Shown piece by piece: positions 50,127-60,452 of a stretch of 64,000 nt of DNA. Position numbers and translations under genes: made by a program. Source of the stretch: Candidatus Multivoradales bacterium (GTDB lineage: Bacteria; Acidobacteriota; Thermoanaerobaculia; Multivoradales; J023); assembly GCA_965248925.1 (NCBI GenBank), contig CBDFLE010000005.1, positions 1,760,001-1,824,000 of the forward strand, written 5' to 3'. Numbering within the stretch: the stretch's first letter is position 1; each line of letters starts with the position of its first letter. The notes under the pieces are model-generated. The model had not been told where the DNA came from and made no database searches. It saw only the letters and a program-made list of their open reading frames with translations.

Positions 50127-50425
50127 CGTAGACCCGATCTCTTGACACAATCTTGGATACATAGTCTTGCTCGGGGATTCTTGGACTCGAGGTAAACTAA
50201 GGCCATCGAGTTCCCTGAGAAGGTCAAGCGATGGGCAAGAGAAGTCAGCTGCCGTTAGCAGAACGCGAGGAAGTGGTACTGCGTTTGCTGCGCAAGGAAG
50301 AGCCGCTAGCAGCACTCTCGCGCCGGTACCAAGTAAGCGAACAGACGCTGTATCGGTGGCGTGACGAGTTTCTGACCGGCGGTCGTGAACGTCTGGCCAA
50401 GAGCCGGCGGTCGGCCGCTGGCTAG
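50127..50425 (+). mobile_element. IS remnant: left end plus truncated transposase HTH (IS3-like orfA)
   Basis: CGTAGACCCGATCTCTTGACACA end-like sequence; ORF 50231 EREEVVLRLLR...LSRRYQVSEQTLYRWRDEFL, truncated. Confidence 0.65.
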
Positions 50426-51110
50426 GATCCCGGCCACACCGAAAAGCAGTGGTACGACGATCAGAACTTGGGGATCGAAGGGTGAAGTCTTGTAGAGCAG
50501 CGCCCATAAGGATCTGAGCCCGGCCATGGCAAGTAGCAAGGCGCAAGCGGATCTCCTTAGCCCGGTCCTCGGCCCGGGCAAGCATCAGGTTGGTGACGTT
50601 GAGGCAGGCGAGCAGCAGAAGCAGGGCGACCGCGGCCAGCAAGAGGTAGTTGGTATGGCGGCCGACCGAGCCCAAGAAAAACTCGTCGATCGGCTCGAGT
50701 TCGGCACCCCAGCCGGAGTTCGAGTCAGGGAACTGCTCGGCGAGTCGTCTAGCAAGCGCGCCGATCTCCTGATTCGCCGATCAGAGATCGACCTCGGGCT
50801 TCAAGCGGGCAAAGGCGGTGAGCCGACGATCCCCCGCGGGCGTAGGAGAATCGAGGCTGTGGAGCAAGAACAGGTCGTCGTCCTGGTTCCAAAGCCGAAA
50901 CCCCTCGGGCAGTACGCCGATGACCGTCCAGAACTCTCCATCCAGGTCGATACGCCGACCGATGATCTGAGGATCGCTGGCAAAATATCGCCGCCAGCCG
51001 CCGTCAGTCAGCACGACTTGCCGAAGCGCCGACCCACGACGCTCTTCGGCGATAGAAAAGGTACGGCCTTGACTAGCTTCGACCCCGAGCACACGAATCA
51101 AGCGCCGCCT
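50420..51110 (-). pseudogene. Fragments of an ADOP/MacB-FtsX ABC permease
   Basis: VVLTDGGWRRYFASDPQIIGRRIDLDG..TVIGVLP, LLLLACLNVTNLMLARAEDRAKEI, and C-terminal SPFDPQVL...GILAS in different frames. Confidence 0.75.
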
Positions 51111-51345
51111 GCCGGTGGCTCCTTCCTGCAAGGTGAATACACCGCCGGAGTCCACAGGAGCTAGTTCTGCCCAGGGCACTCGGACTTGACGCCTGCACTT
51201 GATCTTGGTCTGATACCTGAGTTATCTCCGGGGCGCCGCCGCTGGCAGCGCACACCATGCCGCCGAGAGGCGCTGCAGCGGATCCAAATCCGTCACGCTC
51301 GACGCTGGTTCGGGGAATAAGGGCGCCCTCTCAGGAGGCTGCTCT

Positions 51346-52089
51346 ATGCATGGCTCTCGAAGCGGCAGGCGTGTCGGTCGCGTTGTAGGATTGTGGCTTT
51401 ACCCGGTCAAGTCGATGGGAGCGGAGGCACTGGCTGAGGTCGACGTATCCTGGCATGGCCTTACCGGCGATCGCCGCTGGGCATTCATCCTAAACGACAT
51501 GGCACAGAGCGGGTTCCCTTGGCTCACCCTTCGGGTTTGCGGGAATATGAGTCACTACACCCCGTCGTTCGTCCAGCAGTCTCGTCCAGACAAATCGCCA
51601 GCGGTCGTTCGGACTCCGTCGGGGTCCACCTTCGACGTTGCGGATCCAGCGCTGGCCGCAGAACTCTGCTCGCGCGAAGTGCGGGTGATCAAGCAGAACC
51701 GTGGCATCTTCGACACCTTCCCGCTGTCCCTCATCTCGACCCAGACGATTGGCCTGCTCGGCGACTTGGTTGGCGCCCGGCTAGAGGTCCAGCGTTTTCG
51801 ACCGAACATCTTGGTAGAGGCGGCCGATGGAACGCCGTTTCCCGAGGACGGCTGGGTTGGATGCGTCTTGCGAATCGGCAGCCTGTGCCTGCGCGTCGAC
51901 AAGCGCGACGGCCGTTGCGCCGTCGTTACTATCGATCCTGTGACGGCGGAGCGCAACCCCGCGATCCTGCGGACAGTCGCTGGTGATCGTCAGGGTTGCC
52001 TTGGGGTTTACGGATCGACCGTGGCACCTGGTCACCTCTCAGTAGGTGATCCCGTTCTAATCGAGTCGTCTCCCACGCGCTCTGGCTGA
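51346..52089 (+). CDS. MOSC-domain protein
   Basis: LYPVKSM, GDRRWA, RFRPNILVE, EDGW, RCAVVTIDP, GVYG...G.LSVGD. Confidence 0.9.
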   Translation: MHGSRSGRRVGRVVGLWLYPVKSMGAEALAEVDVSWHGLTGDRRWAFILNDMAQSGFPWLTLRVCGNMSHYTPSFVQQSRPDKSPAVVRTPSGSTFDVADPALAAELCSREVRVIKQNRGIFDTFPLSLISTQTIGLLGDLVGARLEVQRFRPNILVEAADGTPFPEDGWVGCVLRIGSLCLRVDKRDGRCAVVTIDPVTAERNPAILRTVAGDRQGCLGVYGSTVAPGHLSVGDPVLIESSPTRSG

Positions 52090-52495
52090 CAACCCCGTTG
52101 ACACAACTCAGGGGGTCGCTCGCCGCACGCCAGTTGTCAATGAACACCATCCCGTTTCTGGACCTGGGAAACTGGGTGGCGACGAGAAGACCTGCCGGAG
52201 CCCGCCGATGGGTAAAGGCGGGCCGAGGAGTGGCCTCAGCGTTGGCTGGGATCCCCCACCCGAGTTTTGACCTGATCGCTCCTGAAGGGGTGCAATAGCT
52301 GCCGCAGATAGCCTTTGGGAAAGCTCTCCCGCCCCATGCCTATTCCGACGAAACTGACCAGCCATTCCGATCGAAACCGACCACTTGTCGGAGCGAAGCG
52401 ACGCTGGCGCTCTCCTCAGTTGTAAGTGTCCACTTTCGCTGTAGCTGGAGCCCTCCTTCCGGCTCTTCTTCTTGATTGATTGTATTCAAATAACC

Positions 52496-52612
52496 CGTCG
52501 TCGGGGCTGTGCGTAGCTGTGGGAAACGCAGGTTGGGGGGCAGGGGGGCGTTTTCCAAGCGGTTGTGGGAATCGCAGAGCGATTTCCACAACCGCGGCAG
52601 CTTCCACAGTCC
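52496..52612 (-). other. Structured three-way-junction element inside IS21, 3' of istB
   Basis: GGACTGTGGAAGCTG CCGCGGTTGTGGAAATCGC/GCGATTCCCACAACCGC TGGAAAACGC/GCGTTTCCCA CAGCTACGCACAGCCCC GACGACG. Confidence 0.65.
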
Positions 52613-52691
52613 ATCTTGGGTCGGGTCCGGATCGGGCCGCAGGCCCGCTGATGGGTCCGGATCGGCGATCGCTTCAGCATGCTCTTGGATC

Positions 52692-53456
52692 TCACCTTGC
52701 CTCTCGCTGGGCGGCCTTGCGAATACCGCCGGCTCTCTTCGCCCGCATGGAGTCACCGTCCACCGCGAGCTTGTAGGCGCCGTGGACAGTGCGATCGAGG
52801 ATGGCGTCGGCCAAGGTCGGATCGCCGATGACCTCGTACCAGCTCTCAACCGGTAGCTGGGAGGTCACCAGCGTGGAGCGGTTGCCGTAGCGGTCCTCAA
52901 GAATCTCGAGCAGGTCGCGCCGCTCGCTGGCCCCGATCGGCGCCAGCCCCCAGTCGTCGAGGATGAGCAGGTCTGTGCGAGCATAGCTCTTGAGCAGCTT
53001 CTCGTAGCTACCATCACCCCGCGCGATGGCGAGCTGGCGAAACAGCCTCGGCACCCGCAGGTACAAAGCGGTGTAACCCTCCCGACATGCCTTGTGCGCG
53101 AAGGCGCAGGCGAGAAAGGTCTTGCCCACCCCGGCCTTGCCGGTGATCAGCACGTTGAGATGCTCGGCGATCCACTGGCACGAGGCCAGGCGCAGGATCT
53201 GGCCTTTGTCCAGGCCCCTCTTGGCTCGCCAGTCGATGTCTTCGATGGCCGCCTGCTCGCGCAGCTTGGCTTTTCGCAACCGCGCTATCAAGCGGCGGCT
53301 GGATCGCTCGGTCGCTTCGCGCTCGACCAGCAGCCCGAGGCGCTCTTCGAAGGAGAGCTCTGAGACATCGACCATCGACAGCTGCTCCTCAAAGGCTTTG
53401 GCCATACCGTGGAGCTTGAGCGCGGCGAGTTGATCGAGCGTCGCGTGCCTCAGCAT
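52692..53456 (-). CDS. istB: IS21 helper AAA+ ATPase
   Basis: LKLHGM, GKAGVGKT, LLILDDWG, TSQLP, ADAILDR, GDSMR. Confidence 0.95.
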   Translation of the reverse strand: MLRHATLDQLAALKLHGMAKAFEEQLSMVDVSELSFEERLGLLVEREATERSSRRLIARLRKAKLREQAAIEDIDWRAKRGLDKGQILRLASCQWIAEHLNVLITGKAGVGKTFLACAFAHKACREGYTALYLRVPRLFRQLAIARGDGSYEKLLKSYARTDLLILDDWGLAPIGASERRDLLEILEDRYGNRSTLVTSQLPVESWYEVIGDPTLADAILDRTVHGAYKLAVDGDSMRAKRAGGIRKAAQREAR

Positions 53457-55024
53457 GGCGGCGTCTCCTCGCGGCGCGCGGCACTGTAGTAGCTGGCGCC
53501 GCGGACGTTGCGGTGCTCGATCGGCGCCGTCACTTCGGTGGGCTCGGGCGCTGCTTGCTGGTCCAGGCCGCTCTTCAGGATCGACTTCACGCTCTTGTAG
53601 GACAGGCCGTGAATGGCGAGCGCGCGGCGGCACGCAGCCTCCAAACGATTGGCACCATAGGTCTTGCCCAGGCGCATCAGCCCCAGACACGAGCGAAAGC
53701 CGTGCTGAGGATGGGAGCGGTTAAGCATGATGGTCTCCACCAGTTCGGCCGTCGCCTGGCCTGTTTTCGCCGCCCAGCTGATCAGCCGTGTCGGTGTCCA
53801 CTCCAGGTACGCCTGGTGCGCTTTGGGCATGTGCTCGCTCTGGGTCGTGTGCCGACCCCGACACCGATTGCGACGATGAGCAGCCACACGCTTGCCGCGA
53901 TCGAGCACCTCCACCAGTTGCGCCGTCGCCCGCAGATCGAGCTGCTTCTTGATCAGCTGGTACGGCACACTGTAATAGTGGCCCTCGAACTCGACGTGGT
54001 AGTCCGGGGCAACGCGTACCTTCTTCCATTCGGCAAGCTCGTAGGGCTGGAGCGGCAAAGCACCCAGAGCAGGACGATCGACCTGCTCGAACAGCGCTCG
54101 GCGCGAGACGCCCAACACCTTCAGCGGACGGTCGTTAAGCTCGACCAGAAGCTTCGCGATGCTCTCGTTGAGCTCTCGCAGGCTGAAGAACTGCTGGTTA
54201 CGCAGCCGGGCCAGAATCCAGCGCTCCACTTGCAATACACCGTTTTCGACCTTCGCCTTGTCTTGGGGCTTCCTCACCCGCGCCGGCACCACCGCCACGC
54301 CGTAGTGCTCGGCCAACTCCGCGTAGGTGCGATTGATCTCCGGCTCGTAGCGGCACGGGCTGGTCACGCCGCTCTTCAGATTGTCCGGCACCACCAGCTC
54401 GCTCACCCCGCCCAGAGCCGCGAAGGTCCGCACATGAGAGCCGATCCAGTCCTCCAGGCCCTGGCTCCACGTTGATTCGGCATAGGTGTAGTTGCTCGCC
54501 CCCAGCACCGCCACGAAGATCTGCGCTTCGCGCGCTTTGCCAGTCGCCGGGTCGATCACCCTCACGGTCTGTCCGGCATAGTCGACGAACAGCTTCTCGC
54601 CCGCCCGGTAGGCTTGGCGCAGGCACACATCCAGGCGCCCTTCCCAGATCCGGTACAGCTGACAGAAGCGGCTGAGACCGTAGCCGTCAGGATGGTCCTC
54701 CCGGTACTCCTGCCACAGCAGCGACAGGGTTACGCACTTCTTCTTCAGCTCGCCATGCACCTTGGTCCAGTCGGGCAAGGCTCGCTGACCACCCCTCCGA
54801 AGCGGCTGCGGCCGAGGGTACAGGCGTTGCTCCAGCTCAGCGTCGCTCAAAGCTGCTACTTGCTCCCAGCTCAGGCCTTCAACCTTGGCTCGCAGCAGGT
54901 AGTTGCACACCGTCCCGTGGCCCAGCCGAACCGACCGTCCGATCTGGCGGTGCGACAGGCCATGCTGCCATTTCAGTCTCAGTACCTCGCGTATCTTGCG
55001 CATCGATGTCCTCACTCTCGGCAT
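53450..55024 (-). CDS. istA: IS21 DDE transposase
   Basis: MRKIREVLRL, FVDYAG, VPDNLKSGV, KPQDKAKVE, YYSVPY. Confidence 0.95.
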   Translation of the reverse strand: MPRVRTSMRKIREVLRLKWQHGLSHRQIGRSVRLGHGTVCNYLLRAKVEGLSWEQVAALSDAELEQRLYPRPQPLRRGGQRALPDWTKVHGELKKKCVTLSLLWQEYREDHPDGYGLSRFCQLYRIWEGRLDVCLRQAYRAGEKLFVDYAGQTVRVIDPATGKAREAQIFVAVLGASNYTYAESTWSQGLEDWIGSHVRTFAALGGVSELVVPDNLKSGVTSPCRYEPEINRTYAELAEHYGVAVVPARVRKPQDKAKVENGVLQVERWILARLRNQQFFSLRELNESIAKLLVELNDRPLKVLGVSRRALFEQVDRPALGALPLQPYELAEWKKVRVAPDYHVEFEGHYYSVPYQLIKKQLDLRATAQLVEVLDRGKRVAAHRRNRCRGRHTTQSEHMPKAHQAYLEWTPTRLISWAAKTGQATAELVETIMLNRSHPQHGFRSCLGLMRLGKTYGANRLEAACRRALAIHGLSYKSVKSILKSGLDQQAAPEPTEVTAPIEHRNVRGASYYSAARREETPPC

Positions 55025-55238
55025 CCAATTCTCCTTTCAAGGAGGCTGGAATACCCCAATTGTGAGGAGCGCGCTACCGTCGAACTCCGCCGTGGCCAGG
55101 ATTCCGATCCAATCTGACCACCCATTCCGATCGACCCGGAAAAGTGGTCACTTTCGATCGGAATCGATGGTCAGATTCCGTTGGAATCACTGGTCACTTT
55201 CAATCGGAATCGGTGGTCGGTTTCCGTCGGTGCAGGCA

Positions 55239-55350
55239 CCCCGGGCCCATGGCATCGGGCCACGCGGTAGGCGGCAGGAGATAGGTACCGAAGATGCGAT
55301 CGATCCACGGGAAGTGGATGGCGAAGTTCTGCTGGTGGTAGCGGGGATCC
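55239..55350 (-). pseudogene. Sterol desaturase/fatty acid hydroxylase C-terminal fragment split by IS21
   Basis: NFAIHFPWIDRIFGTY..P..WPDAMG continues across the IS (52336 downward) as LGRESFPKGYLRQLLHPFR. Confidence 0.7.
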
Positions 55351-55569
55351 ATTGGCTCTCTCTCTGAATGGAAAGTGAGTCCTAGCATCATCGAGAGTCC
55401 GAGAATAAACTGGAATCAGGAGCCTCGATTCAGACCCGGAAGCGGCTCAAGAGCAGCGGGCTATCCCTGGCGTGTTGCTCTACTTGACATTACCGGCGAG
55501 GGACGGCCATGGGTAGCCGGTACAACAACTCTCAAGGTTGCAGCTGGCTGTACTTGACCAGCGGATCGG

Positions 55570-56395
55570 CTAGGCACTCGGGCGCGAGCGAGGCGTAGAC
55601 CGTGGTCGCGATGCGGGCAACCGGGATGCAGGGGACCGACGTGCGCCCGAGGCGTCGCCGAAGCCACGAGCAAAGCTCGACCCAGGGATGCGATCGCGAT
55701 GACGAAAGGTGCGCCCCGCCTCCGTCTGCGCAACCGCCGGGACCCCCGCACCAGCTTCTATCATGCCCAACAACTCAACGAGGCGCAGCATCACGAGATG
55801 TTCGGCGCGGCAATAAAGTGACTCATCGTCGTCGCCGGGGTAGATCGGCGGGCGTACGACCTCGACGAGCGCGCCGCCGTCGAGGTCCGCGCTGACTTCG
55901 TGGAGGCTGGCGCCGACCTGCTCGTAGCGACCTTCGGCGAAGGCGAAGAACACCCCATGGTTGCCCTTGAAGTCGGGCAGGCAACCCCCGTGGATGTTGA
56001 ACGAGCGACCGGCAGGGGCCAGCACCCGCTTGTGGACATAGGACGTGCCACACACCACCGTGACGTCGGGGCGCCAGCGCGCCATGGTCTCGACCGCCAA
56101 CTTCGAGTTGATCCACTCGACCTCAACGGTCTCGAAGTCGGGCTCGGCCACGGCCCGATCAGCGAAGAAGCGGTCACGGTAGGCTGCGTGACCGCTGAGC
56201 CGGCGCCTGAGCCTGTGATAGCGACGGTAGGCCCAATCGACATAGCGGTGGCGCCGCCAAAGGTGGGCTTTTTGCGCGCGCCCGGGCTCGAAAATCACGC
56301 CTCGGATCTCGAAGTGCGCGGCGAGCAACGCGACGAGGTACTCGTTGTGTGGGTCGTCCGAGACCAGCAGCGCCAGCTTCGATATCTTGGTGGTC
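55570..56395 (-). CDS. Formyltransferase-family protein (no clear start; possibly degraded)
   Basis: RPDVTVVCGT, FNIHGGCLPDFKG, GASLHEVSADLDGG (Formyl_trans_N motifs). Confidence 0.65.
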
Positions 56396-56407
56396 GCGCT
56401 CGATGCG

Positions 56408-56503
56408 TCAAAAGAAGTAGAAGTGACACTGGATATCCTCCAGCGAGAACTCCTCGGGCAAGGTGTCAAGAATCTTCTGAGCCTCTTGTCTTGCGGTCGC
56501 CAT
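56408..56503 (-). pseudogene. Truncated small antitoxin-like ORF
   Basis: MATARQEAQKILDTLPEEFSLEDIQCHFYFF resembles the N-terminus of short antitoxins usually paired with ParE/RelE toxins; no toxin follows. Confidence 0.45.
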
Positions 56504-56933
56504 GGTTCTAAAGTAAACCGCCGATTCGGCTAATTGGCTCTGTTCTCTACTTTCGGTCCCTGGCGCGGATCCTGGCGACTGTCCAGTAAGGTGTCCCCCT
56601 CCGGCAGGTCTTCGTCAAAAGGGTAGGCACCTTCTTGGCTCCTACCACGCTCGAAAAGCTCTTTGAGAATCTTGTGCCGGAAGTTCTTGTTCACCGCCGA
56701 AGTGTAACATGGGCCGTGAAACTCCGCTGCCCCCATGAGGTACTTCCGTGGGTTGTGGATAGCCAAAACCCCATCCGCTTTTGTCCGCAGCGCGCTGGCC
56801 AGCGTCTTTGATGTCAGGAAGTCGACGTTGGGGTCGAACTCCCTAACGATGGTCGGCGCCGCTAGGCCATCGCGATCATTGCCACCAACGACCGTCATGC
56901 GGAGTCCACCAAGAAACCAAGAGGAAAGACATC

Positions 56934-58481
56934 ATGCACTTTCGCAGCTTGACCACTGTCTTAGTCTTCACCCTGACGCTCAACGCTGGCGGACCGACCT
57001 TGGCCCAACCGTCGATCAACCCGACTACCTCGAAAGTCAAGGACGTCCGCAGCCAGTTCGTCACCATCAACGACCACGGTACGCCGTCGGGCTTCACCCG
57101 CGGTTCGATCAACCCGACGATGAGCCATCACTACCAAGGGATCACCCGCCACCCGAGCCGGCCGGCAGCCTTCTTCCTCAGCAAAAGCGGCGATTCAAGT
57201 TCACCGGCTGCCCTTCTCGGCACCTACCTCTCTACCGAGACCAGCTCGCGACAGATGAACCACAACTTGTGGGCCAAGGGTGCAACCAACACCCACGGTA
57301 CTTACCCGGTGGGCTCCGCCTTCACCTATTGGGAAGAGACCGCCGGCGAGATCTGTGACCACCTCGGCGGCCTGCAAGCTGCTGGCAAAGTGATAGCGGT
57401 CGCCGCCGAGAAATGCAGCGGTGGCGATCACGGCACTCAAGCCCGGGTTTTATTCTACTTCCTGCACAACACCTACTATCCGATCGCCATCGACATCACC
57501 GCCGACGGCTGGGCTGGACAGGACTCGCTCAACGTCGGCTACTCCACCGCCGGCGCGGCCGGCATCATCGAAGACAGTGGCAACCGCTATACCGTGATGG
57601 TCTTTACCGACGGCAATCGCCGGCTGCGTTTCCGCCAGTTCGGACTCAATGGCTACACCCTGACAGCCACCGGCCCATGGCGTACATGGGTGACGCCGAC
57701 CAATCAATCCAGCGGTTGGGAAACCGGTACCGGCGCCCACCAGGCGCTCAACCTGATCCGCCAGAACGACAACGCCCTGTTCGTTGGCGGCACCCAGCGT
57801 GGATGGGCGGAGAACGACTACATGTTCCTCTATCGGGTCTACGGCCTGAGCTACGATTCTGCCGGCACCTTGCAAGGCAACCCGTGGCTTTCCTACCAGG
57901 CCAAGCGTCATATCTATTGCACCAACTGGGAGAACACCGGCTCACGGATGTGCGACTTGATGGCCGCCGGCGGCTTCTACGTCGCTCCGGCAGCCAACAG
58001 CGACAGCCACGGCGAGCTGATCCTACTCGCCAGCGCCCATAACGACGACAAGGGTCCCGCTGCCAATTTGGCGCCGATCACCGAGTTTCGCAACCGCAAC
58101 ATCCGCACCCTCGACAACAGCTACGGCGACTGTGGCACCAGCAGTTGGGCGACACTCTATGACGACGATCACATGGACGGTGACCGCAACATCACGATCA
58201 CCGAGTACAACAGCGATCGCGAGGACTTCAAGTATCTGCACAACAGCACTATCGACTTCGGCGACAAGGCCAGCGCGTTTTCCTATTGCATCCGCAACGG
58301 CTGCACCCTGACCGCCTACAAGCACAGCGGCTACAGCTCGCCACTGATCACCATCTACGGCTCGGGCTCTGGCACCTACGGCTACGACAACGACCTCAAA
58401 CGCTCCAGCGGCGGCTACGTCGGTAGCAACTGGTCCGGCAAAGGAGATGAGATCTCGTCGATTAGGATCTCTTGCCCTTGA
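56934..58481 (+). CDS. Secreted protein with C-terminal beta/gamma-crystallin-like domain
   Basis: GAGG RBS; signal peptide; ATLYDDDH...FGDKASAF...TLTAYKHSGYS...GDEISSIR Greek-key-like motifs. Confidence 0.65.
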   Translation: MHFRSLTTVLVFTLTLNAGGPTLAQPSINPTTSKVKDVRSQFVTINDHGTPSGFTRGSINPTMSHHYQGITRHPSRPAAFFLSKSGDSSSPAALLGTYLSTETSSRQMNHNLWAKGATNTHGTYPVGSAFTYWEETAGEICDHLGGLQAAGKVIAVAAEKCSGGDHGTQARVLFYFLHNTYYPIAIDITADGWAGQDSLNVGYSTAGAAGIIEDSGNRYTVMVFTDGNRRLRFRQFGLNGYTLTATGPWRTWVTPTNQSSGWETGTGAHQALNLIRQNDNALFVGGTQRGWAENDYMFLYRVYGLSYDSAGTLQGNPWLSYQAKRHIYCTNWENTGSRMCDLMAAGGFYVAPAANSDSHGELILLASAHNDDKGPAANLAPITEFRNRNIRTLDNSYGDCGTSSWATLYDDDHMDGDRNITITEYNSDREDFKYLHNSTIDFGDKASAFSYCIRNGCTLTAYKHSGYSSPLITIYGSGSGTYGYDNDLKRSSGGYVGSNWSGKGDEISSIRISCP

Positions 58482-58635
58482 GGTCGGACCCAAGTGAACT
58501 AGGGCACGGTCCACAGCCGGCGCCGGTCTGCCGCCAGTCCATCGCTGGCAGCAAGATCATATGCTCGCCTACGTTTCCTTTTCTTGGCGCGCAATAGCGA
58601 TCGATGAACAGAATTAACCACTACAGGAGTAGAAA

Positions 58636-60132
58636 ATGCAAAAGCAGATACGAACTAGAGAACACCAGTGGATGCTCACTAGTTGGACCGTCATCCCGGT
58701 ATTGGCGCTACTGACCTTGGCGCTGCCCGCTATGGCGCAAGTGGAGACTCCGACTTACGCGGCAGCAACGGTCAACGTCAACACGCACCATTTTCAGGAC
58801 GTTTACTACATCCAACCCCATAACACCTACGAGCACGGCAGCTCGCTGACGGCATGGCTCGAGGCGGGCTTCCGCTCGGTGGAGCTGGATGTTCAGGATC
58901 CGGGGTTCTGGGAGTTTCACCCGGACGGACCGATTGTCGCCCACACTGGATCTGGACAACAGAACAATTGCAGCTCGGGCACGGCCAACGATCGTCTCGG
59001 TCATTGCCTACGGGACATCGTGAACTTCATTGGGGCGGAATCGCCGGATGTTCCGATCCTGCTTCTGGTCGACATGAAAGGCGGCACAGGGTCTTCGGAA
59101 TGGCAGAATTGGGAAGTGGCTTTCCTCGATGAATACATCCGTAGCTTTCTCGGTTCGACCCTCTACTCCTTCGAGGATCTCTATTGGAACTACCTGGTGC
59201 CGAGGGGCGGCCAGAGCACGCCGCGGTCTCTGGCTGCTCAGCACGGCTGGCCGCTGCTGCGTGATTTGCGCAGCAAGGTTATCGTCGGCTTGACCGGCGG
59301 CCAGTATGGGGACGTCAATGGAGGTATGGAAGACGGGCGCCAAGCCATCCAATCCATATTTGGCCGCTATCCAGCGACCTTCCTGTGTCCCGATGTCGAG
59401 AACGACCCCTCGGAAGTCGATGTCGGCGGCAAGCTCGACGCCATCAGCACCAGCAACTCGCAGTTTTTTCTCTGCTCGAACTTGAAATCTCGCGATCACT
59501 ACCAAGTGACGGCGAATCGGGCGGCCCAGAACAACCAGATTCTCCACTTGTGGGGCGGTCATGTCTGGGGAAATACGAGCTACACCTACAACTACATCGC
59601 CGTGGCGCACGGCGTCCAAGCGGTGGGACGGGACTTGAATCAGCCTTGGTTGGGAACGACCTGGGGAAACAGTATTCCCTACGTCGGCGTGCGGCGATCA
59701 CTGCCGGGTTATTTCAAACTTCGGCCGACCAACAGTACGAACTTGTGTTTGGAAGTCGAAGGTGCGTCCTACGGCAATGGTTCGGACCTCAACCAGTGGT
59801 CCTGCCACAGTGGATCCAACCAGCGTTTCGTCTACACCGCGGAGGGTCAGCTGCGGCCCAGGGGCAACAACAAATACTGTGCCGACATCGACGGTGGTGA
59901 CGCGGGCAATGGCAAGAAGATGCACATCTGGGACTGCGACGGCGGCGCCAGCGAGAAGTGGCAAATCACTCCGGAGGGGCGCTTTCGCAGTCGTGAGAAC
60001 TCTGGTTACTGCATGGATTCGACCTCATCGACCTGGAATGGCGTTCAGTTCCGGACCTATGCCTGCAGCAGCGCATCGTCGCAGAAGTTCTGGCTCGAAA
60101 CGGTTGCGGATTGGACCCAAAAATCGTTCTGA
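58636..60132 (+). CDS. Secreted PI-PLC-like phosphodiesterase with C-terminal ricin-B lectin
   Basis: AGGAG RBS; PHNTYE...GFRSVELDV...VAH...CLRDI; ricin repeats LCLEV...NQWSC..NQRF, YCADI...IWDC...EKW, YCMD...QKF. Confidence 0.8.
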   Translation: MQKQIRTREHQWMLTSWTVIPVLALLTLALPAMAQVETPTYAAATVNVNTHHFQDVYYIQPHNTYEHGSSLTAWLEAGFRSVELDVQDPGFWEFHPDGPIVAHTGSGQQNNCSSGTANDRLGHCLRDIVNFIGAESPDVPILLLVDMKGGTGSSEWQNWEVAFLDEYIRSFLGSTLYSFEDLYWNYLVPRGGQSTPRSLAAQHGWPLLRDLRSKVIVGLTGGQYGDVNGGMEDGRQAIQSIFGRYPATFLCPDVENDPSEVDVGGKLDAISTSNSQFFLCSNLKSRDHYQVTANRAAQNNQILHLWGGHVWGNTSYTYNYIAVAHGVQAVGRDLNQPWLGTTWGNSIPYVGVRRSLPGYFKLRPTNSTNLCLEVEGASYGNGSDLNQWSCHSGSNQRFVYTAEGQLRPRGNNKYCADIDGGDAGNGKKMHIWDCDGGASEKWQITPEGRFRSRENSGYCMDSTSSTWNGVQFRTYACSSASSQKFWLETVADWTQKSF

Positions 60133-60452
60133 TCCTTCACCTGAACAGCTCTTCGCCGGCTTGCTAGATGATCTGGGTGATTTTCTCGGGCCTCGACGTC
60201 GGGTAATCTGCTGATGGGCGGGGACGATACCGCAACTCCGAGCCCGCTGCCCGGCGTCGCGTGCAAAGCGCTCATCGGTCCTTGATTCTCGTGCCTCTAG
60301 GAGCGGTCCATGGCTCGGTATTCTCGTCGTCCGGGTCCGCCACCGGGCGAGAGTCTATCGCCCATACACCTCTCGCCAGGGGCACCGAGATGCGCGAGCT
60401 CGTGGTGCCCCTCGGCCGGAAGCAAAGGCGAGTCTCGTCTTGCTCCGTCACA

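Larger units (their letters stand above)
52337..55238 (-). mobile_element. IS21-family insertion sequence
   Basis: TG...CA ends with multiple ~22-bp internal repeats (ATTCCGATCGAAA.TGACCA); istA-istB; 5-bp TSD with one mismatch (CCCCA/CCCCG). Confidence 0.93.

Noticed and set aside
55100-55238. Regularly spaced ~22-bp repeats resembling a mini CRISPR array
   Set aside because: They abut with no unique spacers, mirror repeats at 52337-52390, and are the multiple transposase-binding repeats typical of IS21 ends; no cas genes are present.
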